Of a stretch of 64,000 nt of DNA, positions 26,771 through 41,341 are shown one piece after another. The translations under genes were made by a program, and so were the position numbers. The notes beneath the pieces were generated by a model. The model was not told the origin of the DNA. It saw nothing but the letters and a program-made list of their open reading frames with translations, and did no database searches. This DNA comes from Eledone cirrhosa (Eukaryota). Every line of letters begins with the position of its first letter. Position 1 is the stretch's first letter. The DNA is taken from contig OZ024746.1 of NCBI GenBank assembly GCA_964016885.1, positions 38,006,001 through 38,070,000 of the forward strand, in the 5' to 3' direction.

Positions 26771-27350
26771 ATTTCTGACCTAGGTGTATACTCTGGCACC
26801 CTCACCCTTTCCCTATTTCTCTCTTTCTCTGCCAAGTAGTCCTTTCTCTTCCCCACATTTCCCTCACATTTGTATGCACAAAAATAAATTTAACAGACAC
26901 AGAGATGCAAATAAACAGAGATTCATAACTTTCAGGCTCGAAGAGAAAGAAAAAAGACAACAAAAGTAAATAAATGACTCGACCATTCGAACAAGACATT
27001 CAGCATGAAAGAGCAAATATCTGATTTTTTGATTTTTTTTTTAGATTTTTGAGTGTCCCTCCTTTGTTCTGTCCAACACCATCTTGTATTTCTGTGCCGA
27101 CAACACACAATGCACGAAAACAAGATCGCGTCGGACAGACCAAAGGACGGACACAAAATATCAAATCCGACATTGAGGAGGACACAGAATGTGTGAGGAT
27201 ATATAAACAACCATCCACACAGCTTTGACGATATATAAACGACCATCCGGTCATCGAACCAACCAACCGGATATTTATAATAAATTGAATTGATTGAAAT
27301 ACAAGAGCTGCGTGTTTTTTTATTGGCATCGTGCGCCTCCCAAAGTATAG

Positions 27351-27493
<143 letters not shown>

Positions 27494-27784
27494 ACTTGTG
27501 CGTTATGGCCCACATGGTATCTTACCACAACCTTTTTGTTATATATCGGGTGAATTGGGACTGAGAAGGAGAGGGGCGAAGTATTCAACAACACCCGATT
27601 TGTCCGTTCCATTGTCGATACAAATTGGATTGCCTCGGTAACGTAACCTTATTATGTAAGAAGATGTCTGTTGATGTCACGGCACTGGGTACACGGAATC
27701 GTGTGGCCACTGTCGCCATTGAAATATGTATCACAGCATTATCTTTAAAGGACTTTAACATCTGAAACTACTTCGCATTATATA

Positions 27785-27841
<57 letters not shown>

Positions 27842-27845
<4 letters not shown>

Positions 27846-28012
27846 TAAAAGAGAAAACACAGGTAAGCATTGAGATAAGGATTTTATCCAGTCATTTACG
27901 ACCGTTTCATTGGTAAGTGCAGCCACGTAATTATAATTGTTGTTCACAGTCCAAATTTTCAAAATAGTTTCTTAACCAAGAACTGGATCACAATAAGAAA
28001 TGTTTTGCTTCT

Positions 28013-28020
<8 letters not shown>
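27842..28020. mobile_element. Minimal family B insertion: antisense HHR-containing end joined to sense tail, between (TA)n tracts
   Basis: 27842-27967 matches 22790-22938 with an internal deletion; 27969-28019 is the reverse complement of 22651-22701. Confidence 0.75.
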
Positions 28021-28061
<41 letters not shown>

Positions 28062-28269
28062 TTCCAATATTTTGTGAGGCGAAACCGTCGGTAAAAGCAA
28101 TATGGATTAGTAAATATTTAAATTATATCTTTTGAATTTATTTTGAAAGATTGTTTGAAATTTGTTTGTTCCATATATATATGGGGGGGGCGGTCGGATG
28201 GTAGCTAAGATGCTTCCATATGCGGTATGTTGGTTGAGCACTCTATGCTATTAGAGAGCAGAGTATAGG

Positions 28270-28545
28270 TATAATATAAAACGAAAAATCAGTGATGCAT
28301 CGGAACTCAATTTATTGTATGCTACAATTGTTTCACCCACGGACAGCTCGAGACGCGATCATTGTGTGGATCTGTCTGATTATGGACCCGCACGTGCGAC
28401 AGACACGTCTAATGATTTCGGAGCATATTCCCTCACTGTGAGAGAATATGACAGATCCACACAATGATCGTCTTGAGCAGTCCGCCGGCGAAACAGTTGT
28501 AACACACATTAAATTGAGTTCAGATTCATCACTGATTTTTCGTTT

Positions 28546-28554
<9 letters not shown>
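28270..28554. repeat. Diverged fold-back element ending in (TA)n
   Basis: Arms 28270-28376 and 28450-28554; each carries GAAA-ca(a/g)ttg-TA. Confidence 0.75.
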
Positions 28555-28601
<47 letters not shown>

Positions 28602-28605
<4 letters not shown>

Positions 28606-28945
28606 ACTAGAAATTGATTAACATATAAATAAACATGAATAATCACAGGAGATAATTTTTACATGTGTGTAAGCACACATAGCTAGGTAGGTAACTAAAA
28701 GGTATATATTTTTGAAGTTCTGGTTAACTTTATTTAATTACCTACCTAGCTATGTGTGCTTACAGACTTGTAAAAATTATCTCCTGTGATTATTCATGTT
28801 TATTTATATGTTAATCAATTTCTAGTTATTATAAAATGCTCGGACCTATTCGTTAGAATCTTAGAGTTTATTTTGCGGGTGATATGGCGCATGTCTTTCT
28901 GGCATGACACCCATAATTTTGATTATCTTAATTTTGGATATAGAT
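28602..28945. repeat. Fold-back element (family D) with a one-sided tail
   Basis: Arms ~28602-28692 and ~28738-28830, then a tail shared with 50480-50586. Confidence 0.8.
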
Positions 28946-29019
28946 ATATATATATATATATTTCGTTTCTGAATTAGTTTAGCAAGATTCTTTATTTTAA
29001 AACGTGTGTGGAAATCCAA

Positions 29020-29335
29020 TATTGTTATACTTTGGGAGGGTCATGTTGCAAATAAGAAACACACGCACCACAGTTTTACTCCAATTTATTATGAATAAAA
29101 AAATGTTTAAAAAGAAAGATTTTTTTTTTTTTATTTATAAATTTCCGGTTGGTTGGTTGGTTGGTTGGTTGGTTGGTTCCACAATCGTCCGCTTGTGGAA
29201 CCAACCAACCAACCGGAAATTTAATTTTTTTTAATTTTTTTTACTTTTTAAAAACATTTTTTACTTTATAATAAATGGGAGTGAAAATAACTGGTGCGTG
29301 TGTTTCTTATTGGCAACATGACCCTCCCAAAGTAT

Positions 29336-29342
<7 letters not shown>
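29020..29342. repeat. Fold-back element with internal (TGGT)n/(ACCA)n, ending in (TA)n
   Basis: ~155-bp arms around ttccacaa-tcgtccgc-ttgtggaa; terminal motif gaccctcccaaagtataacaata. Confidence 0.85.
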
Positions 29343-29412
<70 letters not shown>

Positions 29413-29659
29413 CGTATATATACATGTATATTTATACATGTCTATATATATATATATCAATTTATGCGTGGATGTATGTGTAATTGGTTGTGTGCGTACA
29501 TACGTTAGTGCAGAGATATATTCTTCTATCTTTTGTACTGCAACTGCACCCAGTAATCAAATAAAACAATATTGCCAACAACATTGATCCTGTGTCCTCA
29601 CTCAAAGAAAGAACGTTGTTTGGTTTGAATTTTTTTCTCCTGTTTTATTATTATTATTA

Positions 29660-29733
<74 letters not shown>

Positions 29734-30544
29734 GTGTAATTTGGTGTATTTGATTGTGTTAATAACACTATAGTATTGATGTTAGAGAATCTGACGTGAA
29801 GGCACGCTCTGAATTTCAATAGTAAGCTTATTACTGTTGCATGGTATGTTGTATGTTGCGGAACAATAGCTTTTAATTAAAACAGAAGCAAGCATTAGGT
29901 CGTACGTTGCCCTTGAGATCAGACGAAGATCGCTTTCTTATTTTTTCAATCACTCTACCTTTCACCTCATTTTCTTTTTCTCTCTTTCTACCACTCTCTA
30001 TCTCTTTCTCTTTTTCCCTCCTTCTCACTCTTTCTTCATCGCTTCATTTTCTCACCCCTTTCATTACATTTCATTTTGTATCTATATAACGTTTTTCCTA
30101 TATCTATGTCCCTAACACTCTGCCTTACTATCTATCTCTTGTGATGTTTTTTATATATTGTAACTGTGTATGTCTGTATGTGTGTGTCTCGCTCACCGGG
30201 ACCTTCACGTGATATATCCTCTAAGGAAGCCTACAGCACGGATATTTCTTTAACTGTCTGAAAGTTTGAAAGCAAAGACATTGTGTGCTCGTTTGTTTGC
30301 ATTGTTTGTTTGTTACTGGATAATAATAATATTAATAATAATAATAACAAGAAAGATGGTTCTTTATCAGCTAATTAGGGATGACATTATACAAACAATA
30401 GAGACGACACAGGATGATACAGTGTGGGTTTTCATCCGTAAAAACAAACAAAAATACACATTTAAAATTACAAAAATAATTCCCAAATGGCGAGAATACT
30501 TCCCATTGTCACTCAAAGAGAAATCCAACAAAAAGCCACGATCG

Positions 30545-31060
30545 CCTTAGCTTCTAGGACAAGTGCGGGTTCCCACTTACCCTCCTGAATTAACAAGCAC
30601 ATACTCAGAACAAGGCCGTTCACTCGGGCAATGCTCGCAAGTCTCACCCACCTTACAATAAACTGGTTGAAATATAGCACTTCCCCATCCACCACACTCC
30701 CTCTTTTTATATGAAACCTGAACACGTTAAACAGGGCATCGCCTAAGAGGAAGGTGCTTGAGTTCCGCCATATTCAATAACACCCCCACACGGCTTTTTG
30801 GGTATGGATATTAGGCAGGTAAAAACCCCTCATCCTGGCCAGCTGATGGTGTGTGGTTCCATTCAAGAAAAGGCAGCAGGTGTTCGACATAAACCAACAA
30901 GTCAGCGATGCTCACAAGTTAAACAGATTTCGTAACCCAGAGCACACCACGGGGCAGTCCGACTGACAGTACTTCTCGACAATGCTCCGTGGCAGCACTG
31001 CCAGGCCATGTATCTCTAGAAATTGTCCATGTGCGCTGAAATGAAAGTCTTCCGAGAATT
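30545..31060 (-). pseudogene. Decayed Tx1-like ORF2 C-terminus
   Basis: Nucleotide similarity to the intact element, e.g. gcactgccaggcca..aaattgtccat versus 1271-1306, and VRWVRLASIARVNG versus ERWVKVARMARVNG. Confidence 0.75.
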
Positions 31061-34000
31061 AGTAGTTATTTGATTTTTGTCGACGCCCAGTAGAAGAAGA
31101 AGAAGAAGAAGAAGAAGAAGAAGAAGAAGAAGAAGAAGAAGAAGACAGCAACGGGCTCTTTCGATGTCTCACATATATATACATACATGCATATTTAAAT
31201 ACATACATAGATACATATATACATGCCTTGTCGCGTGTTTTTAAGTTGCTTCTAAAATAATTACTCTTCTTGTGATATGGACGTACAATTCTCTTCAGAG
31301 CCAATAGTATGAAAATATAATGCAAATTTCAAATACTGGCAGAACACGTAGTAGCAAACATCAAACGTCGCATAATTTTCCATGAGGAAAATGACAACAA
31401 CGTTTTTGTAAATGTCGATACAAAAAGCCTATGACCTAGCACAGAAACGAGCCGTCGAACTAAGTGATTATACGATTCTATCGTATGAATTAAGAATTGT
31501 GTAGCCTTTAAGTAATTTGACTGTCATACTACATTTAGCTCCGTCAATGGAAATGATACGCAATGATGTCTACGATTCCATTGACATTTTTTCTATAAAG
31601 ATAGACATAGTCACGTTCCAGAGAAATCAATAAGAGAATCTCAAAAGGATATACCGGCATTTAAGAATTTAAGACAACATTTAACGTCAAGAGAAAGCGA
31701 GCTGAGAGCGAAATAAATATAAACAGCTAACTGTTGGATTAAGGATCATACGTAAGGTCAGAGGTTTATCTCCCATACAATATACAATGCTTCAACTAAA
31801 ATGATACACATCTATTTCTGTAAAGTCATTGACAAATTATGTATAATTATGATCATATACACGTTTCAGCAACGATTTCGGTTATTAACAACGTCCCTAG
31901 TGCAGGCGTTGCGACTGGTAGATAAGATCAGCAATGGAAATACCAATGGAAACATTATTTCATTGGTCCGATTTGTCGAGTTGCACACCCCACTCGGTAC
32001 GCGAACGAGATCTAGTGTCGATAGTCCAGTGATAGAAACTAAGAAGTTAAACTACGCGGAATAGAAATACATCATAGTCAGTCAAAATCTAATTGTGATT
32101 CGGATGCATTCGTGGTATTTTTGTATGAACATTTTGTCAAATACCATTTTCGCCTCCGGCATATTAATCACGATACTTTGTTTTCAAACTGCCTTTTCTT
32201 ATCTGTTGACTAACGCTACCCGAATCCATTGTATACATTTCCCGCATCATCTGACTTACACAGATCGGTAATTAGTTCGATGTATATTTTCTAGGCAAGG
32301 AAAGGCGATTCCTCCCTCCGTCTCGAGTTGTAGGTTAAAAAATTATAGTTTATGGAACCGACTATTCAGTATTGTGGACATGTTACGCTAACCTTATCTG
32401 TTAGCTATAAGTATTCCATCTATATACGATTGTTGATGACCAATATAGTTTGTTCAAAGCTATAACGGAAAGGTTCATAAATACAGACAGTATTTGTGAA
32501 AGACTTAGTTCGATGATTACCATCTGTGCCAGATCATTCTAAAGTATCATGGTTACTACACACAACCTTGGCCAACCGAAAGATTTGTTCACCATGCAAT
32601 AGTCGGAAATGCCCAACCTGGAAACCGTGAACATGCTAATGTTTGCTACACCTAAATTTAGTGAGCTTAATACGTTGTCTATGTGACATTGATAGCTGTG
32701 ATTTACATATCCGTTTTTCAGTACCGACTTGTTAGCTAAAGAATAATGGAAAACAATCAGACACCTGCATCGAAGGCATTCGGACAATCAGGCCAATTGA
32801 AATGCGAAACAATACGCCAGATTTTACAAGCAAGTAATTGTAAAGTTCTGCTATTAATCACGGTAGACATCTGTCCGCTGCTGACTCTGAAGCAAGTTGA
32901 TTGTTGTTAGTATTTAGTTATCGTTTTGTATATCATAGTATATCAACCCGATATTCATTTTCGAATAGTGGGGAGGTTGAGAGGTATGTTTGTGTGTTGC
33001 CGTTACTGCAAATTATTTGTTTCCTTATTATTGTTGTACTTTGTGATTTTTTATATTTATTTTTTGCTTTGATTGTTATGACTTTGTCTTTCCACTTTTC
33101 ATTTGTTGTCTGTATTGTGATTGGTGCTTTTGTGGTAGTGTCTATAGGACTGATTATTTTATGTTTTGATGAATTGCTTATTCTGGCAAGATACTTGTTT
33201 TGTGGAGACTTTTGATATCCTGTATACGTTCCATTCCTTGGGTTCGGGATATTGTCATTTGTGAATCTTATTTTCAGCTTAGCTCTCGTGATGAAGGATT
33301 TCCAGTCTCTGACCCTTTCTTCCCGTCTCTTGAGGAACATTATGTGGAAAGGCTTGAGATTGAGTGATGCATGTACGTGTGTTAACATTCTTTGTTGTGT
33401 TGCTGTATCAGTGGACTTTTTTTATGGGTTTCCTAATTTGAGGTTTTTTGCTTCAAGGTTTATGATAATTTCCTTCACTCGCTTGTATGGAAAATTGATT
33501 TCGTGGCAATTTTGTTACTCTTGCTCTCTTATTGAGAGTCAGCTGATGACATATTTCAAATGCCTGACCCATGTGATATGTACGGGTGGGAGGCTTGCTT
33601 TGCCGTTTCTTCCTTTTCTATTATCTCTAGCTCTCCATAATTTTGAGTATGGTGGTGAAAGCAATTGTATTTATTTATATTGATAAAGAAAGGAGATATA
33701 TAAAGTTTGCATACAGGATATTATGTTATCATTGGTCCTACCATTGTAGATACTATCTACTTGTAACTTCTCATTGCAGAAACATGAGGAATTCGAACTC
33801 AGAATCAGCATATTCGAACTCAGATACCACCATATCTCCCGTTTTGCGTTTTAAGAATGCTACTAATCCAATGACATTGTACTGAAATTTTATTTATGTA
33901 CACTGAAAGTTGAACAGGAACATATTCGATAATAGAGCATACACTACAGGAAAATATATCGACGAATTTCATCTAACGGCTTTGTTATATGAAAGCATGA

Positions 34001-35275
34001 TACACCCCCTCCCCTATATATATATATTTATATGTATGTACAATCAGGCATACATAGACTGCAAACTCGTTAGAATAACAAGGAAATGTACTGAAGAAAC
34101 TTGTTGAAGCATCCTTACCGTTATTATCTCTCAGTAGCAAATTTACATTTCATTCTCTCAAGGTTGCCGTTGTAGATATTATACTGATAAAATGAGGGAT
34201 AATATCGATTTAACACCTCATTGAAATTTGTTAAGCATTTACCTATGACAGAAATCTATTTTCTTAAAACCAATATTATAGAGTAATTGATACGCAGAAT
34301 TAATAAAGCACTGTGCAAAATACATTAGCTTCGATTCTGAACGTTCTGAATTGAAATTGTGCTGAACTCAACTTTACTATTCTTCGATAATATAAAGGAA
34401 CAGTGAAACTCTGGAGTAGATATAATTAACTGCACCCTCTCCTCCAGATGGTGGCCTTGTGGCTATGTTAGAAATGCATAATAGTTAGTTTTGACTAGGA
34501 ACAAAACAACTCAGTGACAATAAATTCAATACACGCCAGTATATGGCCGATTTGTTATTTTGTTAATATTCTGTCCGAGAAGATGTGAATCCCAAGAAAA
34601 AGAAATTGAAATAAATAATGATAGAAAAATGAAACTTTCAAGAATAACCACAAGCTACATGCTGAGGAGTGGGAAGGAGAAAAAAGGAATGTATTGATAA
34701 TAGAAAACAAATATTAAGGATTATAACAGAACGTCGGAATATGAGAAATTACAAAAGATTGTAGAAAAAGAATATTAAAAAAATGGAAAAAAATGATTAA
34801 AAAAGTGGGAAAGTAATAAGAAGAGAAGGAAAAGTAAAAGTAAATGAATTAAAAGTGAAAATAACGTTAGGGAGAAAATATATGGAACATTTCAAGAGTG
34901 GCTGGGTGTAAAAGAAGGGGAAATAAAATGACGAAAACACAGATAAAGAAAGAAAGAGCGAAATAGTAATATATTCTATAACATAAACAAGGAAATATAG
35001 AGAAAATTTCACAATGGGCTATTGAACAAAATTCGGTGTTATATATATATATATAAATATATATATATATTATGTATATATATATATAAATTAATAAAAA
35101 CAATGAATAAAAACAAAGAACAAGTTCCTTCTATTAAAAAATTCATCATTTTACGATCATTTCTAGGATGTATATGTGTGTTGGTATTTATATCATATAG
35201 ATCTATGTAAAAATATTAAAAACTATCAGAGGAAATATACATACCTTCACATATATATGCTGTCTTCAGAAATAT

Positions 35276-35345
<70 letters not shown>

Positions 35346-35367
35346 CTGTGTGTGTGTAATTGTGTAA

Positions 35368-35432
<65 letters not shown>

Positions 35433-35449
35433 ATAATTGCTTATTCTAC

Positions 35450-35582
35450 TTTAGGTACGAGGCCAGCAATTTGAATTATGAGGGGAAAGTTGATTAAATC
35501 GACCCTAGTGCATTACTGGTACTTTAATTCATCGACCTCGTAAGGATGCAAGGCAAAGGTAACCTCTGCGGGATTTACTCAG
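35450..35582 (-). mobile_element. SINE copy (same family as 15725), reverse orientation; further decayed copies near 34340-34470 and 54790-54970
   Basis: actggtacttt..tcgacc..aaggcaaag..aacctc..gcgggattt is the reverse complement of the SINE core. Confidence 0.6.
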
Positions 35583-36502
35583 TAATTACTTTATTAGCCA
35601 CGCAGAGCTCACATTGAGGAAATATTAAAGATTGTATATGACGATGTAGTGGGTTTTTTGTGAGAAATAAAATTTATAACAGAGACTAATAAAATAAACG
35701 TTTAAAAACAAACATAATATATTCACCAAAGGTGAGGAGACTCTAATTGTCTCTCGTGCAGCACTCTCACAAAAGCCCTGTTCACCCTGTCCGCTGGGCC
35801 AAAGTTCTCTCACCCAGTTTTTCTACTCCAATCTACAGACGTATGCTCAGAGCAGGCCCATTCACACGGACCATGCTTGCTACTCCCACCCTAATGAGTC
35901 AAAGAATCATAACTTATTTTATGTGTAACGCGCGTTTCGCGATTGATCAGCTCAAGAGACGATCCGTATTGATAGGGCCCAACCCTACAATCAATAGCCT
36001 CTGAGGCTCATGGATACTTAATTAGGCGAGATACAGCTTTAAATTGTCATTTCTAATTCACTTGCGATGTTCCGTTTTTATTTGTTTTGATTTGTTGGGG
36101 GGGGGGGGGGGGGAGAATAGAATAGAGAAGAGAAGAGGTAGAAAAGAAAGGACACAAGAAATGAAAAAGAAAGGAATGTTGATTGAGCCGAGAATGAAGA
36201 AGGAGAAACGGAATGGGACATTCAACACAAACCACAACTCTGTCCGGGAGGCAGCCTCACTTTCAAAGGTTCGTGACATACATTTCTTCGTTAACATGCA
36301 CTACATCTGCACTGCACACCTGTATAAGCTAAGACAATCTATACTCCACCAAACAAAAAATAACCCCCTCGGCAGAGGCACAAAGTTCACTTCCCCCCAC
36401 CCCGCCCCATGACATCCCCCAAACAACATTAATTATAATTATTACTATTTTTAATTTTATTTTCAAGTTTATATTTATTTTTATACATTATAAAGCTTTT
36501 AC

Positions 36503-37630
36503 CATTATTATCACTACTATCAGCATTATCACTAGTATCATCATTATCACTACTATCATCATTATCACTACTATCATCATTATCATTACTATCATTATCA
36601 CTACTATCATCATTATCATTACTATCATCATTATCACTACTATCACCATTATCACTACTATCATCATTATCATTACTATCATCATTATCACTACTATCAT
36701 CATTATCACTACTATCATCATTATCATTACTATCATTATCACTACTATCATCATTATCATTACTATCATCATTATCACTACTATCACCATTATCACTACT
36801 ATCATCATTATCATTACTATCATCATTATCACTACTATCATCATTATCACTACTATCATCATTATCATTACTATCATTATCACTACTATCATCATTATCA
36901 TTACTATCATCATTATCACTACTATCACCATTATCACTACTATCATCATTATCACTACTATCATCATTATCACTACTATCATCATTATCACTACTATCAT
37001 CATTATCACTACTATCATCATTATCACTACTATCATCATTATCACTACTATCATCATTATCACTACTATCATCATTATCATTACTATCATCATTATCACT
37101 ACTATCATCATTATCACTACTATCATCATTATCATTACTATCATTATCATTACTATCAGCATTATCATTACTATCATCATTATCACTACTATCACCATTA
37201 TCACTACTATCATCATTATCACTACTATCATCATTATCACTACTATCATCATTATCACTACTATCATCATTATCACTACTATCATCATTATCACTACTAT
37301 CATCATTATCACTACTATCATCATTATCATTACTATCATCATTATCACTACTATCATCATTATCACTACTATCAGCATTATCACAACTATCATCATTATC
37401 ACTACTATCATCATTATCACTACTATCATCATTATCACTACTATCATCATTATCACTACTATCATCATTATCATTACTATCATCATTATCACTACTATCA
37501 TCATTATCACTACTATCAGCATTATCACAACTATCATCATTATCACTACTATCATCATTATCATTACTATCATCATTATCACTACTATCATCATTATCAC
37601 TACTATCATCATTATCATTACTATCATCAT
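36503..37630. repeat. 18-bp minisatellite (atcattatcactactatc)n
   Basis: About 60 tandem units with point variants and occasional 15-bp units. Confidence 0.95.
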
Positions 37631-38804
37631 TATTATGATTATCATTGATATTATTAGTAATGTCTTTATAATTATTGTTATTATAATAAAGTTCTAAACT
37701 TTATCGATAGAATTACGATATTTACACGTATGTATATGTCCATGCGTGTGTGCCTGTGTCATGGCATGTGTTTCCGTGTCCATGGTTGTGCATGCACATC
37801 TTGCACGCGCACATGCACGTATGTGTCTGTGTGTATATATAAGTATGTCTTTCTGTGTGCATGTGAGGCTCAGTGCTTGTATATATATGTGTGTGTGTTT
37901 GTATATAAGTAGGGGCATATATGTATGTGTGTGCATATATATAATATATATATATATATACACATATATGTGTGACTGCATGTGTAGGTGCGTGTGTGTC
38001 TGCATGTAGGGTGAGTCTATGTGCTTATATATGTGTGTATGTAGGTTGATGTACATATATGTACATATATGTGAACGTAGTATTCCCTCATATAAACATG
38101 TGCACTATTTTTTTGTATAAAATTGTAATAGTTCAATTGCAGCAACCACTGCAATATCATAAATTTGAGTAATATATTTCCTTGCAGTAATTTGTTTATT
38201 ATCTCCCTTCCTATAGTGTGACGTTTCTGCTTCCACAGAATATTACGATTATTACAACATGATTATAGCATTCTACTTGTAATAACCAGATCAATATATT
38301 CCCCGACCCATATTGTCATCTTGTCACTATTATTATTACATTCTATTATTATATATTACAATTTATTAAAATTTAATTAATACATTATCCCACACTTCTA
38401 ATCTCAAGTCAATTCATAATCAATATTCTTTCTTCTTTTCTTCATTTTAATTTTTCCTCAAACTTTCAATGTCCATATCCTCACTCATTTGATTTTCCAT
38501 TCTTCCCACAATTAGTGGTTCATCGTGTTTCCCTTATCAGCATTTTCGTAGTCTACATCTTCCTCAGTTGATTCATTTTCATTGTGAACCCTATGTTTCT
38601 CACTTGCCACATTCCCTTCACGTAAGTTACCTTCAGTATAAACATTTATATGTTGTACTTCAATTTGAAGATCCTCCAATTTATTGAGTATTGGCTTATC
38701 ATTATTAACATGGCTTTGAATAAACAACATCAGTAACTCACCCGTGCATCTCACAGAATGGATTCTGCGTTTTATCCATGTAATAATGTGGGGAGGGGGG
38801 GCGT

Positions 38805-38842
<38 letters not shown>

Positions 38843-39076
38843 CTAAGCACCCTTGATAACTGTAAAGCAAAGCTTTACAGTTATGAAGAGTACTTAGAAT
38901 TCATATGTTCTCGACTCCAATCCCATTCAGTAACACATTCCACAACATTGTGGCTGGGTGGTTAGAGAATTGGATTCGCAATCATATTGTCAGTTCGGTT
39001 CCCAGGACCAATGGAAACATTGTTTTATATGTCCGATTTGAGGTCTGAGATCGTGATGATCGACTGTCGACTGTCA

Positions 39077-39163
<87 letters not shown>

Positions 39164-41108
39164 TTGTAATTTTTTCTTATATGAAATCGTTTGTCGTGAA
39201 CAAAGGTAGAATATGAAAACAAAACCATTTGCACTCTAACGCGAACACAGACACCAAACATTAAACACACACGCAAACACATGCGCAGAGAGAGAGATAA
39301 GAAGAAATAAATAAATTAATTAAATAAAAATGGCGTAAACTTTCCAATACAAATTGTGGAAACATAATAGTACCACTGTTGACGTCGCAGATGTGTGACA
39401 AAAGAACTTTGATAGAATATATATATTTATATCTGTATTTTTAACCGTTGGTCAATCAATGATAAACATTGATTGCCAAATGAATTAATTATGGAGATAT
39501 AAACGATACAGAAGCGAAAACCAACGCCTACAAAAAAGTGAGTGTGTTCTGTTATTATTTCTGGCAATATTATAACAATATGACCCTCCCCAAGTATAAC
39601 ATTACATATATATGTGTGTGTGAAATAAGTAGATACATTTATGAAATAAAAAATAATAAATATTTGAAGATGCATTTTATAAATATATATATAGATGCAG
39701 GTTTACAATGCACAACGAAACTATTAGTTCATATAAAACAACTGATAGTTATTTTTAGTTCATATAAACTATTAGTTCATATAAAACAACTGATAGTTAT
39801 TTTTGTATTATTTGAAATATAAGCAGATTTGTTGATGTCAGCATCCCGATCTGAAATATATTTTTGCACTAAACGGTTTAAGACACAGTAGCTTTTAGAA
39901 GTTTCAATTTCATCTATGTTGACTATATTTCCTCCCTCACATATAGCTATAGCCGTGTCTAATTATGATTTTCCCGTCTTTTTGTCCGTCCCTTATGATT
40001 TCGTTTGTTATATCTTTGTCAAATTTATCGCAATTAAGCGTTATGTTCGCACTCCACATTGCTCTTTCTGTTAAACAGAAAATATTTTTCTGGTGCACGG
40101 CACCCTAATTAGGTTTATTCTCATCGTATGCCAGAGTGTCGAACTTGCTTGATAGTATTGCTCATAGTAACGTTTTAATGTTCTCATACACACTAGACTA
40201 TCTGACTTACAGGGTAGGTCGTTTTTTATGTTTGAAAATAGTAGCATATATATTATATACAATATATTTATATTGCGATTGTTTGTTGGTGATTGTGTTG
40301 TGCTGTTGATTCCTTTGTTGCGTGCCGTGTGGTCACCGTTGTGTGATACAGTGTGACCAGAGGTTGCATGTGTGCGAGTAAGTGAGTAAGTGTTCAATAA
40401 GATGATATAATATGATAGTTCCTTGATCTAGCAGAACATTATTATATATAAATGAACCGCGATGACACCAAGCAGCTATATTAGTAATTTATTGAAAATA
40501 GCTCACGCCGAAGCTATGTGCCAAATTTGTTTGTTTGTCAATGTAGAATTAAATTGTATTTACCAAGAAAACTTCATGAACTTCCCTGTCTTGGTTAAGG
40601 TAGAGACCTTGAGATAAAGATTAAGGAAAAGAGAGAGGGTAAGAGACAATATCTGTCTGTAAGACACCAGGAGGCCTGTAGAAACCAATAGTTAACTCTA
40701 TCAACATCCGCTTTGAACTGCTGCCTGGTTGATCAAAGGCGGGCTATTTATCCATGTCGCTGTGTTCCCAAGCCTTGAGAACAAAGGGCTGTACTTTAGA
40801 GGTCGTTCACTCACAGATTTATTGACGCCCGAAGGAGATAACCCAAACAATGACCGTTACATGTCATCAAGGTTCAACGTGTGGACAGATTTCGCTACAT
40901 GTATATCGTAATGTTCACATTTGGTATTTATCTGTATGTTTGCGTGTATATATATATATATATATTTATGTTGCCTTAATGTAATTCTCTGGAAGATTCA
41001 GCGGGATGCAGTGCATATATTTATTACATATATAATATGTGTGCGTGTATATATATATATCACATATGAAACGGAGAATCAGTGTTGCGACGAATAAAAT
41101 ATAGTGGA

Positions 41109-41199
41109 CATATTACAATCGTTTCTCTGGCGACCTGCTCGAGGCACGATCAATGTAATGATCGAACCTGACTCTGAAATCGCAAGGTCCTCAGATACG
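41109..41199 (-). ncRNA. Type I hammerhead ribozyme with extended stem II (family C)
   Basis: Minus strand: cgtat-CTGAGGA-ccttgcga..(~60 nt)..tcgccaga-GAAA-cgattg-TA-atatg. A short inverted arm to 41254 re-copies the CTGAGGA end. Confidence 0.7.
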
Positions 41200-41290
41200 T
41201 CTCGATTCTACGAAGCAGAGTTTCCATTTCGTATAATCGAGACATATCTGAGGACACATATATGTGTATATATATGTATATATACACATA

Positions 41291-41340
<50 letters not shown>

Positions 41341-41341
<1 letters not shown>

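Noticed and set aside
35730-36420. Possible LINE relic or host exon in a moderately GC-rich stretch
   Set aside because: No diagnostic motif could be identified by eye.
36488-37645. 385-aa M/I/V ORF
   Set aside because: Artefact of the 18-bp minisatellite lacking stops in one frame.
38512-38850. 112-aa acidic ORF as a host exon
   Set aside because: Starts in a TA microsatellite; no domain motif or convincing splice context.
36503-39803. CRISPR-like repeat arrays
   Set aside because: Tandem units have no unique spacers (18-bp minisatellite; 48-bp duplication at ~39719-39803), the context is eukaryotic, and there are no cas genes.
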